Shown here: piece after piece, positions 26,688 to 36,161 of the stretch | Layout of the letters: each line of letters begins with the position of its first letter | Position numbering within the stretch: the stretch's first letter is position 1 | Assembly: GCA_963780865.1 (NCBI GenBank) | Contig: CAWADT010000016.1 | Span: forward strand, 27,793-91,792 | DNA length: 64,000 nt | From: an uncultured Chloroflexia bacterium | GTDB taxonomy: Bacteria; Chloroflexota; Anaerolineae; Anaerolineales; RBG-16-64-43 | Direction of reading: 5' to 3' | Program-made: the position numbers and the translations under genes | Notes under the pieces: generated by a model | What the model was told of the DNA's origin: nothing | The model's input: only the letters and a program-made list of their open reading frames with translations | The model's database searches: none

Positions 26688-27887
26688 CTATTTTTCCTCG
26701 GCGGCCCAGAACCGCCACACCGCCAATGCAAAGAACAGCAATGCGTAGCCCGCCAGGACCGCAACCGGGATCAGGACCGAGGAAAATCCCAACCCACGCG
26801 CGACGATGTTTTTAAATCCGTCCATCGCCCAGGCAACCGGCGAAGCGTGGCCGATCATTTGAAAAGTTGCGCCGGTATATTCGAGCGGCATCCACGCTCC
26901 GCCCAGGCCGGAGAAGACAAACATCGGAATCATCACGAGAATGGTCGTCTGTTCCTCTGACTTGGCAAAGACCCCAATCAGCAGGCCGAGCGCGGAGATG
27001 CACGCCGCCGCAGCCGCGGCCACCAGCAGCGTCGCCGCCGGTACGCGCAGGTAGTCCACGCCCAGGAAGATCCTACCGAACAGCATCAGGACGAGAAATT
27101 GACCGAAGATCAGCGCGAACATCGCTAGGTAATGCCCGACCAGAATATGCACCCGGGACGTGGCCGTTGTAAGCAGGCGCTGCAACGAACGCGATTTGCG
27201 TTCGGTGACGATGACCGTCGCGGCGGCCATCAGCCCGGCGATCGCAAACTGGAGCATCATACCCGGCGAGCTGTTCTCCGCCGACATCGCGTTCGAATTC
27301 TGAACCTTGACTGCGGCGCTTGCCGTCTGATCCAGACGGATGGGCGGGTTTTGCCACGCCGCCAGCGCGGCGGCAAGGGCGGGATCGAAGGCCGTCAGGT
27401 CGGAAGAGGTTTGCGCGGCGATCTGCGCGATGCGGGCCGCGCTCGTCAATCGCTCGAGCGTGCTCAGCACTTCATTTTGGACAGTCGACGTCGCCGGCTT
27501 GGAGGGATCGCCGATCATGGCGGATTTCAACGGTTTTCCGTCCAGGATCGATTGGCCGAATCCGGCCGGAAGGATCACCGCCGCGGCCAGTTTTTCATCC
27601 GCCACCAGCTGATCCAGGTCCGCGGCCGAGCGTTCCGCATTTTGATCCAGGCGGATAACGGTCGACCCGGTGAGCAGTTGCTCGAGCTCGCCGCTGAGCG
27701 CGGAATGATCTTGATCGAGAAACCCGACCGGCAGGCGGGCATCCGCCGTGCTCTGGCTGGCGCCGCCGAAGGCAATCGCAAAGAAAAAGGTGAAGGCAAT
27801 CGGCATGATCAGCAGGAACAACAACGTCTTGCGGTCCCGCAGGATCTGCACAAGGTCTTTTTGGGCAATATCCAGGATTCGATTCAT
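26688..27887 (-). CDS. ABC-2 type transporter permease
   Basis: 399 aa. The N-terminal TM is followed by a large external loop and then a cluster of 5 C-terminal TM segments, the typical ABC-2/NatB-like layout. GGAGG precedes the ATG. Confidence 0.8.
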   Translation of the reverse strand: MNRILDIAQKDLVQILRDRKTLLFLLIMPIAFTFFFAIAFGGASQSTADARLPVGFLDQDHSALSGELEQLLTGSTVIRLDQNAERSAADLDQLVADEKLAAAVILPAGFGQSILDGKPLKSAMIGDPSKPATSTVQNEVLSTLERLTSAARIAQIAAQTSSDLTAFDPALAAALAAWQNPPIRLDQTASAAVKVQNSNAMSAENSSPGMMLQFAIAGLMAAATVIVTERKSRSLQRLLTTATSRVHILVGHYLAMFALIFGQFLVLMLFGRIFLGVDYLRVPAATLLVAAAAAACISALGLLIGVFAKSEEQTTILVMIPMFVFSGLGGAWMPLEYTGATFQMIGHASPVAWAMDGFKNIVARGLGFSSVLIPVAVLAGYALLFFALAVWRFWAAEEK

Positions 27888-27896
27888 CGCATCCTC

Positions 27897-29177
27897 CTAC
27901 GCGTACCGTTTTTGAAAGCGCATGGCGCCGACGGCGAACAGGACCGCGCCGATCACCAGGAGCGCGACGACGGTGAGCAGGACGTCGCCCAGGGCGACCC
28001 CGTTCATCGTCTGGATCAGGCCGCGCACGGCCCAGCCTTGCGGCACGAACAGCGAGACCGTATCGAGCGCGCCCGAGGTTGAAGTCCCCCCGGTGAATAT
28101 TTTCGCCATGCCAAGCATTCCCGTGGCGGTGACCACGCCGCCAAAGACCACCGAAGCCTGCTTGGAATTTTTCAGAAGCGACATCAAAAATACTCCGAAA
28201 GCGGACGCGGCGGCGATCGAGCCGAGGATGACCAGCGCCAGCGGGAGCACGGCGCCCCAATCAATTCCGAAGATCAGCCGGCTGAGAATGACCATCACGA
28301 TCATCTGCACGCCGACCGTGAGAATCACCGCGAGGAGTTTTCCACCCAGAATGGTGGATTGGGATGTAGGCGTGGTGAACAGCCGCGGCAACGTTCCTTC
28401 CTCCTCCTCGCGCAGGATGGATTGGGCGCAAGAGGCGCCGGTGAAGAACGCGTAGAAGACGGTCATTCCCGCCATGATCAAACCGACGATGGCGCTGATC
28501 GGATTGGACGGCGTCTTGACGGCGGCGGGGACATGGACCTCCAGCAGCGAAGCCGCGGCATCCCCCGCGGGGGACGCGGCCAGGTAGGCCTGGAGCACCG
28601 AACCGATCTGTTTCGGATCGGAGCTTCCGGTTTGTTTGGCGACGACGTTCACTGCGATTTTTGCGCCCGACATCCCGTCCAGGAACTGCGACAGGATGGA
28701 CTTCACGATCGCCGGACCGAGGGAAAGGGTCGGATCCTGATAGAGTTCGATCGCCGCCTGGCCGGAGAGATTGGAAAACTGTTCCGAGAAGTCGGCCGGG
28801 ATGATGATCGCCACGCCGGCCGCTTGCTTGTCGACCGCGGCTCGGGCGGCGTCGGCGCTGCCCGCCGTTGTCACTTTCATCAGATTCTCGAACCCCTTGC
28901 CTTGCAGCGTTGTCAGAATCAGATCGCCCATCGAAGCGGCGCTTCCGACGGGGAATTGCGACTTTACGGCGTCGAAGCCCGGGCCGCCGCGGTCTAGATT
29001 GGCGACCACCACCTTTGTCGCCGGCAGGGAGAAGCTATTTCCAGTTTTCCCCTGGCTTCCGAACATGAAGTAGAACATCCCTCCCATCAGCAGCGGAACC
29101 CCGAACATAAACATCAGGGCGAAATAACTGCGGAAGGAGCGGGTCATATCTTTGAACGCGATATCGAATAGTTTCAT
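27897..29177 (-). CDS. ABC-2 type transporter permease
   Basis: The ATG at 29177 (MKLFDIAFKDMTRSF...) has GGGAGG upstream; the ORF track start is 29213. It has the same architecture as the downstream permease. Confidence 0.8.
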   Translation of the reverse strand: MKLFDIAFKDMTRSFRSYFALMFMFGVPLLMGGMFYFMFGSQGKTGNSFSLPATKVVVANLDRGGPGFDAVKSQFPVGSAASMGDLILTTLQGKGFENLMKVTTAGSADAARAAVDKQAAGVAIIIPADFSEQFSNLSGQAAIELYQDPTLSLGPAIVKSILSQFLDGMSGAKIAVNVVAKQTGSSDPKQIGSVLQAYLAASPAGDAAASLLEVHVPAAVKTPSNPISAIVGLIMAGMTVFYAFFTGASCAQSILREEEEGTLPRLFTTPTSQSTILGGKLLAVILTVGVQMIVMVILSRLIFGIDWGAVLPLALVILGSIAAASAFGVFLMSLLKNSKQASVVFGGVVTATGMLGMAKIFTGGTSTSGALDTVSLFVPQGWAVRGLIQTMNGVALGDVLLTVVALLVIGAVLFAVGAMRFQKRYA

Positions 29178-29328
29178 TTCTGCCTCCCTGTCCCGCTTGC
29201 GCCATTCGAGCATAGCCGCAGCGAGAAAAAAATTCCTTGGCGCTTCAGCGCAGGAGCCACTTGGGCAATTTCTCCTGCTGGAAAAAATTCAGCTTTGGAC
29301 CGGAGTCCCTCGCCTGGCAAAAGCGGGG

Positions 29329-30267
29329 CTAGTCGCGCAGCGCGCGGCCGGTGAGGTGCAGGAACACGGATTCCAGGTTCGGTTCCTGGATGTTGACGGA
29401 GGTAATCCGCACCCCGCGCGCGGCGGCCGCTTCGAACAGGCGCGGCAGAACCCGGTTGCTGTCGTCGGCCAGGATCGAAAGCGTTCCATCCTCGGCGGTC
29501 ACCTTTTGCACGCCGGGAACCGATTTCCAATTGTCCATCACCTTGGCGGATTCGGCGTTGATGGTGACGGTGATCCGGTCCATCGCTCCGACGATCCGGA
29601 CCAGCTCTTCGTTCGTTCCGCCGGCGATGACCTTGCCGTGATCCATGATGGCGATGTGGTCGGAAAGCTCCTGGGCCTCTTCCATATAATGGGTGGTATA
29701 CAGCACGGTCATGCCGTTGTTCTTCAGGGCGATCACGTTATCGAGGATGCTGCGCCGCGACTGCGGATCGATGCCCACGGTCGGTTCATCCATGTAGATG
29801 ATTTGCGGTTTGTGCAGCAGGGCCACGCCGATGTTCACCCGGCGCTTCATTCCGCCGGAATATTTTTTGAGGAAATCGCCGGCCCGGTCCGTCAAACCGA
29901 TCACCTCGAGCACCTCGGCCACGCGCGTCGCGAGCTCCGCGCCGCGCAGGCCGTACATCTTGCCCCAGAAATTCAGGTTCTCGCGCGCGGTCAGGTCCTC
30001 GTACAGCGCGATCTCCTGCGGAACAACTCCCAGCACCGACTTCACTCCCATCGGATCCTTGAGGATGGAATGACCCATCACCATGGCGTCGCCGCCGGTG
30101 GGATGCAGCAAGCAGGAAAGCATCGAAAGCAGGGTGGTTTTTCCCGCCCCGTTCGGGCCGAGCAGGCTGAAGATTTCCCCTTGGCGAACCTGGAAGCTGG
30201 CGCCGTCCACCGCTTTCACTTCGCCGAAGGACTTATAAAGATTCTGTACTTGAATTGCGCTATCCAT
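29329..30267 (-). CDS. ABC transporter ATP-binding protein
   Basis: The ATG at 30267 (MDSAIQVQNLYKSFGEVKAVDG) has AGGAG upstream. Walker A is GPNGAGKTT, the signature is YSGGMKRR and Walker B is IIYMDEP. Confidence 0.9.
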   Translation of the reverse strand: MDSAIQVQNLYKSFGEVKAVDGASFQVRQGEIFSLLGPNGAGKTTLLSMLSCLLHPTGGDAMVMGHSILKDPMGVKSVLGVVPQEIALYEDLTARENLNFWGKMYGLRGAELATRVAEVLEVIGLTDRAGDFLKKYSGGMKRRVNIGVALLHKPQIIYMDEPTVGIDPQSRRSILDNVIALKNNGMTVLYTTHYMEEAQELSDHIAIMDHGKVIAGGTNEELVRIVGAMDRITVTINAESAKVMDNWKSVPGVQKVTAEDGTLSILADDSNRVLPRLFEAAAARGVRITSVNIQEPNLESVFLHLTGRALRD

Positions 30268-30598
30268 GATCTCCGCTCCTTTTATCGATCCAACTGATTG
30301 AATTTCTTTGCAGGCGGTCAACTTGCTCCCGGAAAAACCATTGTATTTAATATACGTACGAACTGAATATCTGTTCTGATTCCCGCGACCGACCACGACC
30401 CAACCATGCCAGATACACGGCGGTTAGGTAGATCAGCCGGATACTCGGCCGGTCGAGCGGCGGAGCCGCGGGATACCGGGGACGGCGCCGGGCAGCCAGT
30501 CAATGTTCGTCCATTTGCTTTTTTGATATCAGCCTTCCGCCGGTCCATGCAAGGTTTGCATTTTTCAGAGAGCACCAACCTATGGCTCAAAGGCGCCA

Positions 30599-31222
30599 TC
30601 ATGATAACCGGTCCGCAGCCAAGGATTTTGGAAATCCATTGAAGCGTCTAAGGATGATCAAGACGGAAATCATTGAAAGACCGGCCGAGAACAGGATGAA
30701 CGACCAAATCGCAAAAGGTCCGACCATCTGCTGGATGGCGAAGAAGTCGCCTCGATCGCCAGTAAGAAAAGCGATGGGCTCGCAGACGAAGTCGAAGGCC
30801 GGCCTGAGACAGAGAAACATGAAAACAAATCCCACCACAAAAGGGTTTCTGGAGAAACCTTTTTGCAGAATGAACATGACCGCAATGAGACAAACGATAT
30901 CCAATAGATACGGGGAAGCCGAAAACACAAGTTGCTGCCAATTCTGTGTGATTCCGCTGGGCGTGATCCACGCTCGACCGAACTCGCCAATCCAGAATTG
31001 TGGAATAAGCCTGTAGTTCAGAACCTTGCCTCCCGCTAAATACAATCCAACGACATGGCTTAACTCATGCACAATCGCGTAAGTCAGATACCATCCCAGG
31101 GGTATGATCAAGAGCGCAAGGACAACCGAGGGCAGAGGCCAGTTCCCCCTGAGGTACAGAACAATCAGGGGCGCGACGACAACGAGCAAGATTTCAAGGG
31201 TAATCAGAATTTCTTTTTGCAT
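30599..31222 (-). CDS. Membrane protein with HExxH motif (DUF3267/putative zincin-like)
   Basis: The ATG at 31222 gives MQKEILITLEILLVVVAPLIV... An HELSH motif lies within or next to a TM helix. The gene is visibly lower in GC than its neighbours. Confidence 0.6.
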   Translation of the reverse strand: MQKEILITLEILLVVVAPLIVLYLRGNWPLPSVVLALLIIPLGWYLTYAIVHELSHVVGLYLAGGKVLNYRLIPQFWIGEFGRAWITPSGITQNWQQLVFSASPYLLDIVCLIAVMFILQKGFSRNPFVVGFVFMFLCLRPAFDFVCEPIAFLTGDRGDFFAIQQMVGPFAIWSFILFSAGLSMISVLIILRRFNGFPKSLAADRLS

Positions 31223-31480
31223 TGGGTAACCTCGTCGGCGAAACTCTACAAAAGCTGGCCAGGATTTTTTTGCGATTGACCAGGGCCGCTTTTTCATCGC
31301 GCACGGCTTCACGCCTTCCCCCTGCCCGTCGAAGCGATCCCCCGCCCTCTGATTTGCACCTGTCAGCATATCCGGTTCCATCCCGGATCGCATCGTCCGT
31401 TGGGTTTGGACTACCCCGTCCATTCGGACACTGTCCGTCCGGACAATGGAAGCGGTTGTTCCCCGGAGTAAAATAAGCGC

Positions 31481-32698
31481 ATGAAGAAAAACCGCCCCCT
31501 GAATTTTCATTGGATCGCCTCGTGGTATCCGGTCTCGGAATCGCCGTTCATGCTGTTCCTGACCTGCATCTTTGCGTTCATTTATGTCTGGACCATCGCC
31601 TCCACGCCCCGCTTGCGGGCGCCCGGCCTGCTGATGGCGTTCACTTTCCTATTCATCCTCCACCTGGGATTGCATTGGCTGATCATCTGGTGGATAAAAC
31701 ATGAAGGAAGCCTCTGGCTTTACCTCGGAATCCAAACGGCGCTGGTTTTCACGCTCTCCGCGCTGGCCGCGTCGATCGGCCCGCTCCTGGGGCTGTATCT
31801 CGGCTTAGTGGGGGTCTCGGTGGGAATGCTGCACTCGGCGCGCCGCATCGCGATCGGTGTGCTGGGAGTGCTGTCGGTCTCGGCGGTCAATTATTATTTA
31901 ATCACCCGGGGAACGGGGATGGCATGGTGGGCGTTCGCGATCATCCCGATGGCCGTTTTCGTCGTGATTTACGTCGTGCTGTACTCGCGCCAGAGCGCGG
32001 CGCGCGAAAAAGCTCAGCGGCTCGCCCTGGAACTTGAGGCGGCCAACCGCCGCTTGACGGAATATGCCGATCGGATCGAGGACCTGACCCTGGCGAGCGA
32101 ACGCCAGCGCATGGCCCGCGAACTGCACGACACCCTGGCCCAGGGATTGGCCGGCCTGGTGCTGCAGCTCGAAGCCGCGGATTCCCATTTGAGCGGCGGC
32201 CGGCCCGATCGGGCGCAAACGATCATCCAGCAGGCGATGACCCGCGCCCGCGCCGCGCTCGCCGAATCCCGCCGCGCGATCGACGGTCTGCGCGGCCGTC
32301 AGCCCGACGATCTGACGGAGGCGATCCCGGGCGAGGTCGAGCATTTCATTTCCTCCACGGGAGTCCCTTGCGCGCTGAACATGTCCCTTCCCGAATCCCT
32401 GCCCGAAAAGGTCCGGGATTTTGCCTTCCGGACCGTCGCCGAGGGCTTGACCAATATCGCCCGCCACGCCCGGGCGCACCAAGCCCGAGTGTCCATCCGG
32501 AGCAGCGCGGATGCCCTCGAGATCGAGATCGGCGACGACGGGATAGGCTTCGATATCGCCCGCGACGCGGAACGCATGGGTCATTACGGGTTGACCGGTC
32601 TGCGCGAACGCGCCCGGCAGGCCGGGGGAACGCTCGAGATCGAAAGCGGCGCTGGCAAAGGTTCGACGCTGAAAGCGCGAATCCCGATTACGAAATAG
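31481..32698 (+). CDS. Sensor histidine kinase (HisKA_3 / NarX-LiaS-DegS type), no adjacent response regulator
   Basis: About 5 N-terminal TM segments, the H-box ERQRMARELHDTLAQ, and an HATPase_c domain (NIARHARA...DDGIGF...GLTGLRERA). Confidence 0.85.
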   Translation: MKKNRPLNFHWIASWYPVSESPFMLFLTCIFAFIYVWTIASTPRLRAPGLLMAFTFLFILHLGLHWLIIWWIKHEGSLWLYLGIQTALVFTLSALAASIGPLLGLYLGLVGVSVGMLHSARRIAIGVLGVLSVSAVNYYLITRGTGMAWWAFAIIPMAVFVVIYVVLYSRQSAAREKAQRLALELEAANRRLTEYADRIEDLTLASERQRMARELHDTLAQGLAGLVLQLEAADSHLSGGRPDRAQTIIQQAMTRARAALAESRRAIDGLRGRQPDDLTEAIPGEVEHFISSTGVPCALNMSLPESLPEKVRDFAFRTVAEGLTNIARHARAHQARVSIRSSADALEIEIGDDGIGFDIARDAERMGHYGLTGLRERARQAGGTLEIESGAGKGSTLKARIPITK

Positions 32699-32706
32699 CG
32701 ATAGAG

Positions 32707-32873
32707 CCACCCCATCCCTCCACCCCTCTTCCCTCCTCCCTTCCCGTGATACGGCTTGTCCTCGAGCGCCTGTCCTGAGCGAAGTGAAGGAAAGCGAGGG
32801 GAGACGGGAGGAGGGGGAAGATCCGCAGTCTGAATGTAAAAGCACTCTTGGGGGAGGAAGGATGGGATGGCTT
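32707..32873. repeat. CCCTTCC-type palindromic (MITE-like) element
   Basis: CCACCCCATCCCTCCACCCCTCTTCCCTCCTCCCTTCCCGTGATACGG...GGGAGGAGGGGGAAG...GGGGGAGGAAGGATGGGATGG. It shares the CCTCGAGCGCCTG(T/C)CCTGAGCGAAG module with 16497-16672. Confidence 0.7.
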
Positions 32874-32918
32874 CGGCAACGGTCATCCTCTTTTAAAATA
32901 TGGTATCCTTCCTTTCCG

Positions 32919-33866
32919 ATGACCATCGAATCCGCACACGACCTCTCCGTTCGATTAATCGATAATATCGATCTTGTCATTTACGGCAAACGCAGCGAGA
33001 TCGAGCTCGCCGTCGCGGGGCTGCTCGCCCAGGGGCACCTGCTGATCGAAGATGTTCCCGGGGTGGGCAAGACGATGCTGGCCAAGTCCATCGCCCGCTC
33101 GCTCGGGTGTTCCTTCAACCGGCTGCAATTCACGCCCGACATGCTTCCCAGCGACGTCACCGGCGTCTCGATCTGGAATCCGCAGGCGCGGGAATTCGAA
33201 TTCCGGGCCGGCCCGGTGATGGCCGAGATTGTCCTGGCCGACGAGATCAACCGCGCCACCCCCAAGACCCAGTCCGCGCTGCTGGAGGCGATGGAAGAAC
33301 GCCAGGTGACGGTGGACGGGATAACCCACGCGCTGCCGGAACTTTTCCAGGTGCTGGCGACGCAGAATCCGATCGAGCACGAGGGCACCTTCCCCCTTCC
33401 CGAAGCCCAGCTGGATCGCTTCCTGATGCGGATCAGCCTGGGGTATCCGCCGGCGGCGGAGGAGGAACGCGTGGTCGAAAGCCAGCAACTCCGGCATCCG
33501 ATCGAAAGTCTCGCCCCGATCGCCTCCGCGGCGGAAGTGGTGGAGGCGCAAAAGACGGTGCGCGAGGTTCACGTCGAACCCGGCATCCGGCGCTATTTGG
33601 TGGATCTGGTGGGACGCACGCGGTCTCTGCCCGACGTGCACCTCGGCGCGAGTCCGCGCGGCAGCCTGGGACTCGCCCGCGCGGCGCAGGCGCGCGCCGT
33701 CATCGCCGGGCGGGATTACGTGACGCCCGACGACATCAAAGCCGTTACCCAGCCGGTGCTGGCCCACCGCTTGCTGCTTTCCCCGTCGGCCCGGCTCAAG
33801 GGCATCGCGCCGAGGACGCTGATCGAGGATATCGTCGCCGTCACGCCCGTGCCGGGAAATCTGTAA
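32919..33866 (+). CDS. MoxR-family AAA+ ATPase
   Basis: The ATG at 32919 gives MTIESAHDLS... Walker A is DVPGVGKT and Walker B is LADEINRA. The ...YVTPDDIKAVTQPVLAHRL C-terminal pattern is typical of MoxR. Confidence 0.9.
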   Translation: MTIESAHDLSVRLIDNIDLVIYGKRSEIELAVAGLLAQGHLLIEDVPGVGKTMLAKSIARSLGCSFNRLQFTPDMLPSDVTGVSIWNPQAREFEFRAGPVMAEIVLADEINRATPKTQSALLEAMEERQVTVDGITHALPELFQVLATQNPIEHEGTFPLPEAQLDRFLMRISLGYPPAAEEERVVESQQLRHPIESLAPIASAAEVVEAQKTVREVHVEPGIRRYLVDLVGRTRSLPDVHLGASPRGSLGLARAAQARAVIAGRDYVTPDDIKAVTQPVLAHRLLLSPSARLKGIAPRTLIEDIVAVTPVPGNL

Positions 33867-33921
33867 AAAAATAAACGCCCCGAATAATAAATATGGATCC
33901 CCAAAATAAACCCGTTCGCCC

Positions 33922-34116
33922 GGAGCTAAAGCTCCGGGCTTTCAACCGCGCCGGGTAAACCCGGCTTTACATCATTTGGTTTACCGGGTTTTTTATTTCC
34001 TCGATAGATACATATTCCAGCAAATGCAATCGTTGATAGTAACCAACCATCGGATGATATTTTTAAAGCCCGGCTTTTAGCCGGGCACCGTAAATAGTTC
34101 GGGGTTTTAGCCCCGG
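33922..34116. repeat. Cluster of short GC-stem/AT-loop hairpins (AGCCCGG/CCGGGCT family)
   Basis: GGAGCTAAAGCTCC, CCGGGTAAACCCGG, GCCCGGCTTTTAGCCGGGC and CGGGGTTTTAGCCCCG occur in a non-coding stretch. Confidence 0.55.
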
Positions 34117-34153
34117 GGAATTATCTTCCACTTATCGGTTATCACGGACCTCC

Positions 34154-34354
34154 CTACGCCCCGCCGAACCGGCGGATAAACCACGTTTTCACCCCTTGCG
34201 TGAGGACCACGTACGCCAGCAGCATCGCTCCCAGGATGGGCCAATACATCGCCGGGAGCGGGATAAACCCGAGCGCGGGAGCCAGCGGCGAGACGGTCAG
34301 CCACGCCCCAACCGCGACGATGGCGAGCGAGGTGGCGATCAACGGCAGCCGCAC
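34154..34354 (-). pseudogene. Remnant of the C-terminus of a Mg2+-importing P-type ATPase (MgtA-like)
   Basis: The 66-aa ORF ...GFIPLPAMYWPILGAMLLAYVVLTQGVKTWFIRRFGGA matches the last TM helix and tail of MgtA-type ATPases (E. coli MgtA ends ...LTQLVKGFYSRRYGWQ, from memory). No upstream ATPase body is present. Confidence 0.55.
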
Positions 34355-34436
34355 TATCCTACAACAAAAATAATATTTATGGAATCGGATTGCCGTTCAT
34401 CCGACGACGCCCGGGGGTCGCCGGCCGCTCGACTCT

Positions 34437-35603
34437 TCACGATCGTTTTCCGGCCAGGAGAAAAACAGGGAGGGCGGCCAGCTGAGCCGCAACGGAAAAG
34501 ACGATCAACGCCGGAAGAGAGACCTCATACAGAAGGCCCATCACCGCGCTTCCAAGAAACCAGGCCGCCCCGAAGCCGGTGTCGAACACGCCGTAAGCCG
34601 TGCTTCTCTTTTCCACGGGGGTCACGCCGGTCAGCGCGGCTTTGAGCAGCGAATCCTGCGCCCCAATCCCGATCCCCCACAATACCATCCCGATCAACGC
34701 GAAAGACAAGCCGCCCAGGAAAACCAATGGTGCGAAAAACGCGGCGAGGAAGAACGCCAGCACAAGCGTGAAGACGCCGAGCCGGTCGTAGAGTCCGCCG
34801 AACACCAGCGCAGCCAGGGCGCCGGTCGCCATCGCGACGGCGTAGAGCAGCGGAGTGGCGACGACCGATACGCTGCCCGCCTTCTGAAAGTGGAACGCGA
34901 TCAGGGAGAAATCCGCGAATCCGGCAGCGATTAACCCCCCAGCCGCCAGATACAACCAATAGGCGCGCGAAAAACCCTTCGCCTGCAGCGGGACTGGCGC
35001 GCGGTTATCCAATTCCTGCGGCCGCGGGAACCACAGCCGGGCGATGGTCAGTGTTATCAGGCAGAGCAGCGCCGAAACAAGCAGTACGGCAAACCCCTCG
35101 CGGTATCCTCCGCGCAAATAAAGAACCAGCGCTACGATCATTGGCCCGATAGTCGCTCCGCCCTGATCCATCGCCTCGTTGAGTCCGAACACCCAGCCGA
35201 TTCCCATCTTCCCGCCGGTGTAGGAAAGCATCGTTTCCACCGAGGGACGGCGGATGGCGCGCCCCGTCCGTTCTGCAATCATCAGCGCCGCCGCCGCCGG
35301 CCAGGATCCGGCCAGCGCGAGCGCCGGCACCGCCAGCATGTTGATCGCATACCCTAGGAAGGCAACCGCCCAATAGCGGTGTGTTTTATCCGCGAGGTAT
35401 CCCGTCACCGAGCGTAGTGCGTATCCGGCGAACTCGCCGAAGCCCGCCACCGCGCCGACCCACGCCGCGCTCGCCCCCAGCATTCCGAGAAACGGACCGG
35501 TGATGCTGCGCGCTCCCTCGTAGGTAAGGTCGGCAAACAGATTGACCAGACCGATGAGCAAAACAAACCGCAAAGCCGTGGATTTGGAGAGGATTTTTGT
35601 CAT
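34437..35603 (-). CDS. MFS transporter
   Basis: The ATG at 35603 gives MTKILSKSTALRFVLLIGLVNLFADL... There are about 12 TM segments. The ORF track start is 35690. Confidence 0.85.
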   Translation of the reverse strand: MTKILSKSTALRFVLLIGLVNLFADLTYEGARSITGPFLGMLGASAAWVGAVAGFGEFAGYALRSVTGYLADKTHRYWAVAFLGYAINMLAVPALALAGSWPAAAALMIAERTGRAIRRPSVETMLSYTGGKMGIGWVFGLNEAMDQGGATIGPMIVALVLYLRGGYREGFAVLLVSALLCLITLTIARLWFPRPQELDNRAPVPLQAKGFSRAYWLYLAAGGLIAAGFADFSLIAFHFQKAGSVSVVATPLLYAVAMATGALAALVFGGLYDRLGVFTLVLAFFLAAFFAPLVFLGGLSFALIGMVLWGIGIGAQDSLLKAALTGVTPVEKRSTAYGVFDTGFGAAWFLGSAVMGLLYEVSLPALIVFSVAAQLAALPVFLLAGKRS

Positions 35604-35837
35604 GGCAAAACCTCTCTGATATTTTTCCCGTAGCCGGGACGGCCCGTCCCGGCTACATTCTTTTTCACTATATTTATCGGAACAGACCATCCGGCTACAT
35701 TCTATTTCGTCTCCGCTTCACATCCTCTTGGAACATTTCTGGATTTTATTCTACAACTCCCGCGATTAACGGATTGTCAGAATCCGCCCGGCCAAGGTTT
35801 TTTCCGCCGCCGTCCTTGACGCCCCTCTCGTTTCTTG

Positions 35838-35952
35838 CCATCCCATCCTCCCTCCCTAATCCCTCCCTCCTTCCCGTATCACGGGAAGGAGGGAGGGGGA
35901 GAGGATTCCATGTTTGCAGGAAATCATTCTTTGGGGAGGGTAGATGGGGCGG
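35838..35952. repeat. CCCTTCC-type palindromic (MITE-like) element
   Basis: GCCATCCCATCCTCCCTCC...CCCTCCCTCCTTCCCGT-ATC-ACGGGAAGGAGGGAGGG...GGGGAGGGTAGATGGGGCGG. The central stem is 17 bp and perfect. Confidence 0.75.
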
Positions 35953-36048
35953 TCACCCGCGGCCTCAAATTCAATCCGTTGCCCCGATCGGCGGATTCCA
36001 TCGCAGCATCCTAAGGCGTTTGGAATTTGTTTCCAACCTCCCGCGTCC

Positions 36049-36076
36049 TTGACGCCCTATCTCCCTCCTGTATAAT
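36049..36076 (+). promoter_or_regulatory. Putative sigma-70 promoter of serS
   Basis: TTGACG (36049-36054), a 16-nt spacer, then TATAAT (36071-36076), about 85 nt upstream of the serS ATG. Confidence 0.5.
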
Positions 36077-36161
36077 CCGACCACGATCCGCGCAAAGAGG
36101 CGCCCGCTTGCGTCCACGCTCCGGTGAACGCCCGGCGCGGGATTGCTTCACGGAGAAAGCC

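Noticed and set aside
32919-33866. MoxR ATPase as part of a MoxR-VWA-type system
   Set aside because: No DUF58 or VWA partner genes are adjacent. Only repeats and a gene remnant follow, so no system can be claimed from this window.
35960-36161. Possible T-box leader upstream of serS
   Set aside because: No GGGUGGUACCGCG-like T-box sequence and no terminator/antiterminator pair is present. With the predicted promoter the leader is only about 85 nt long.
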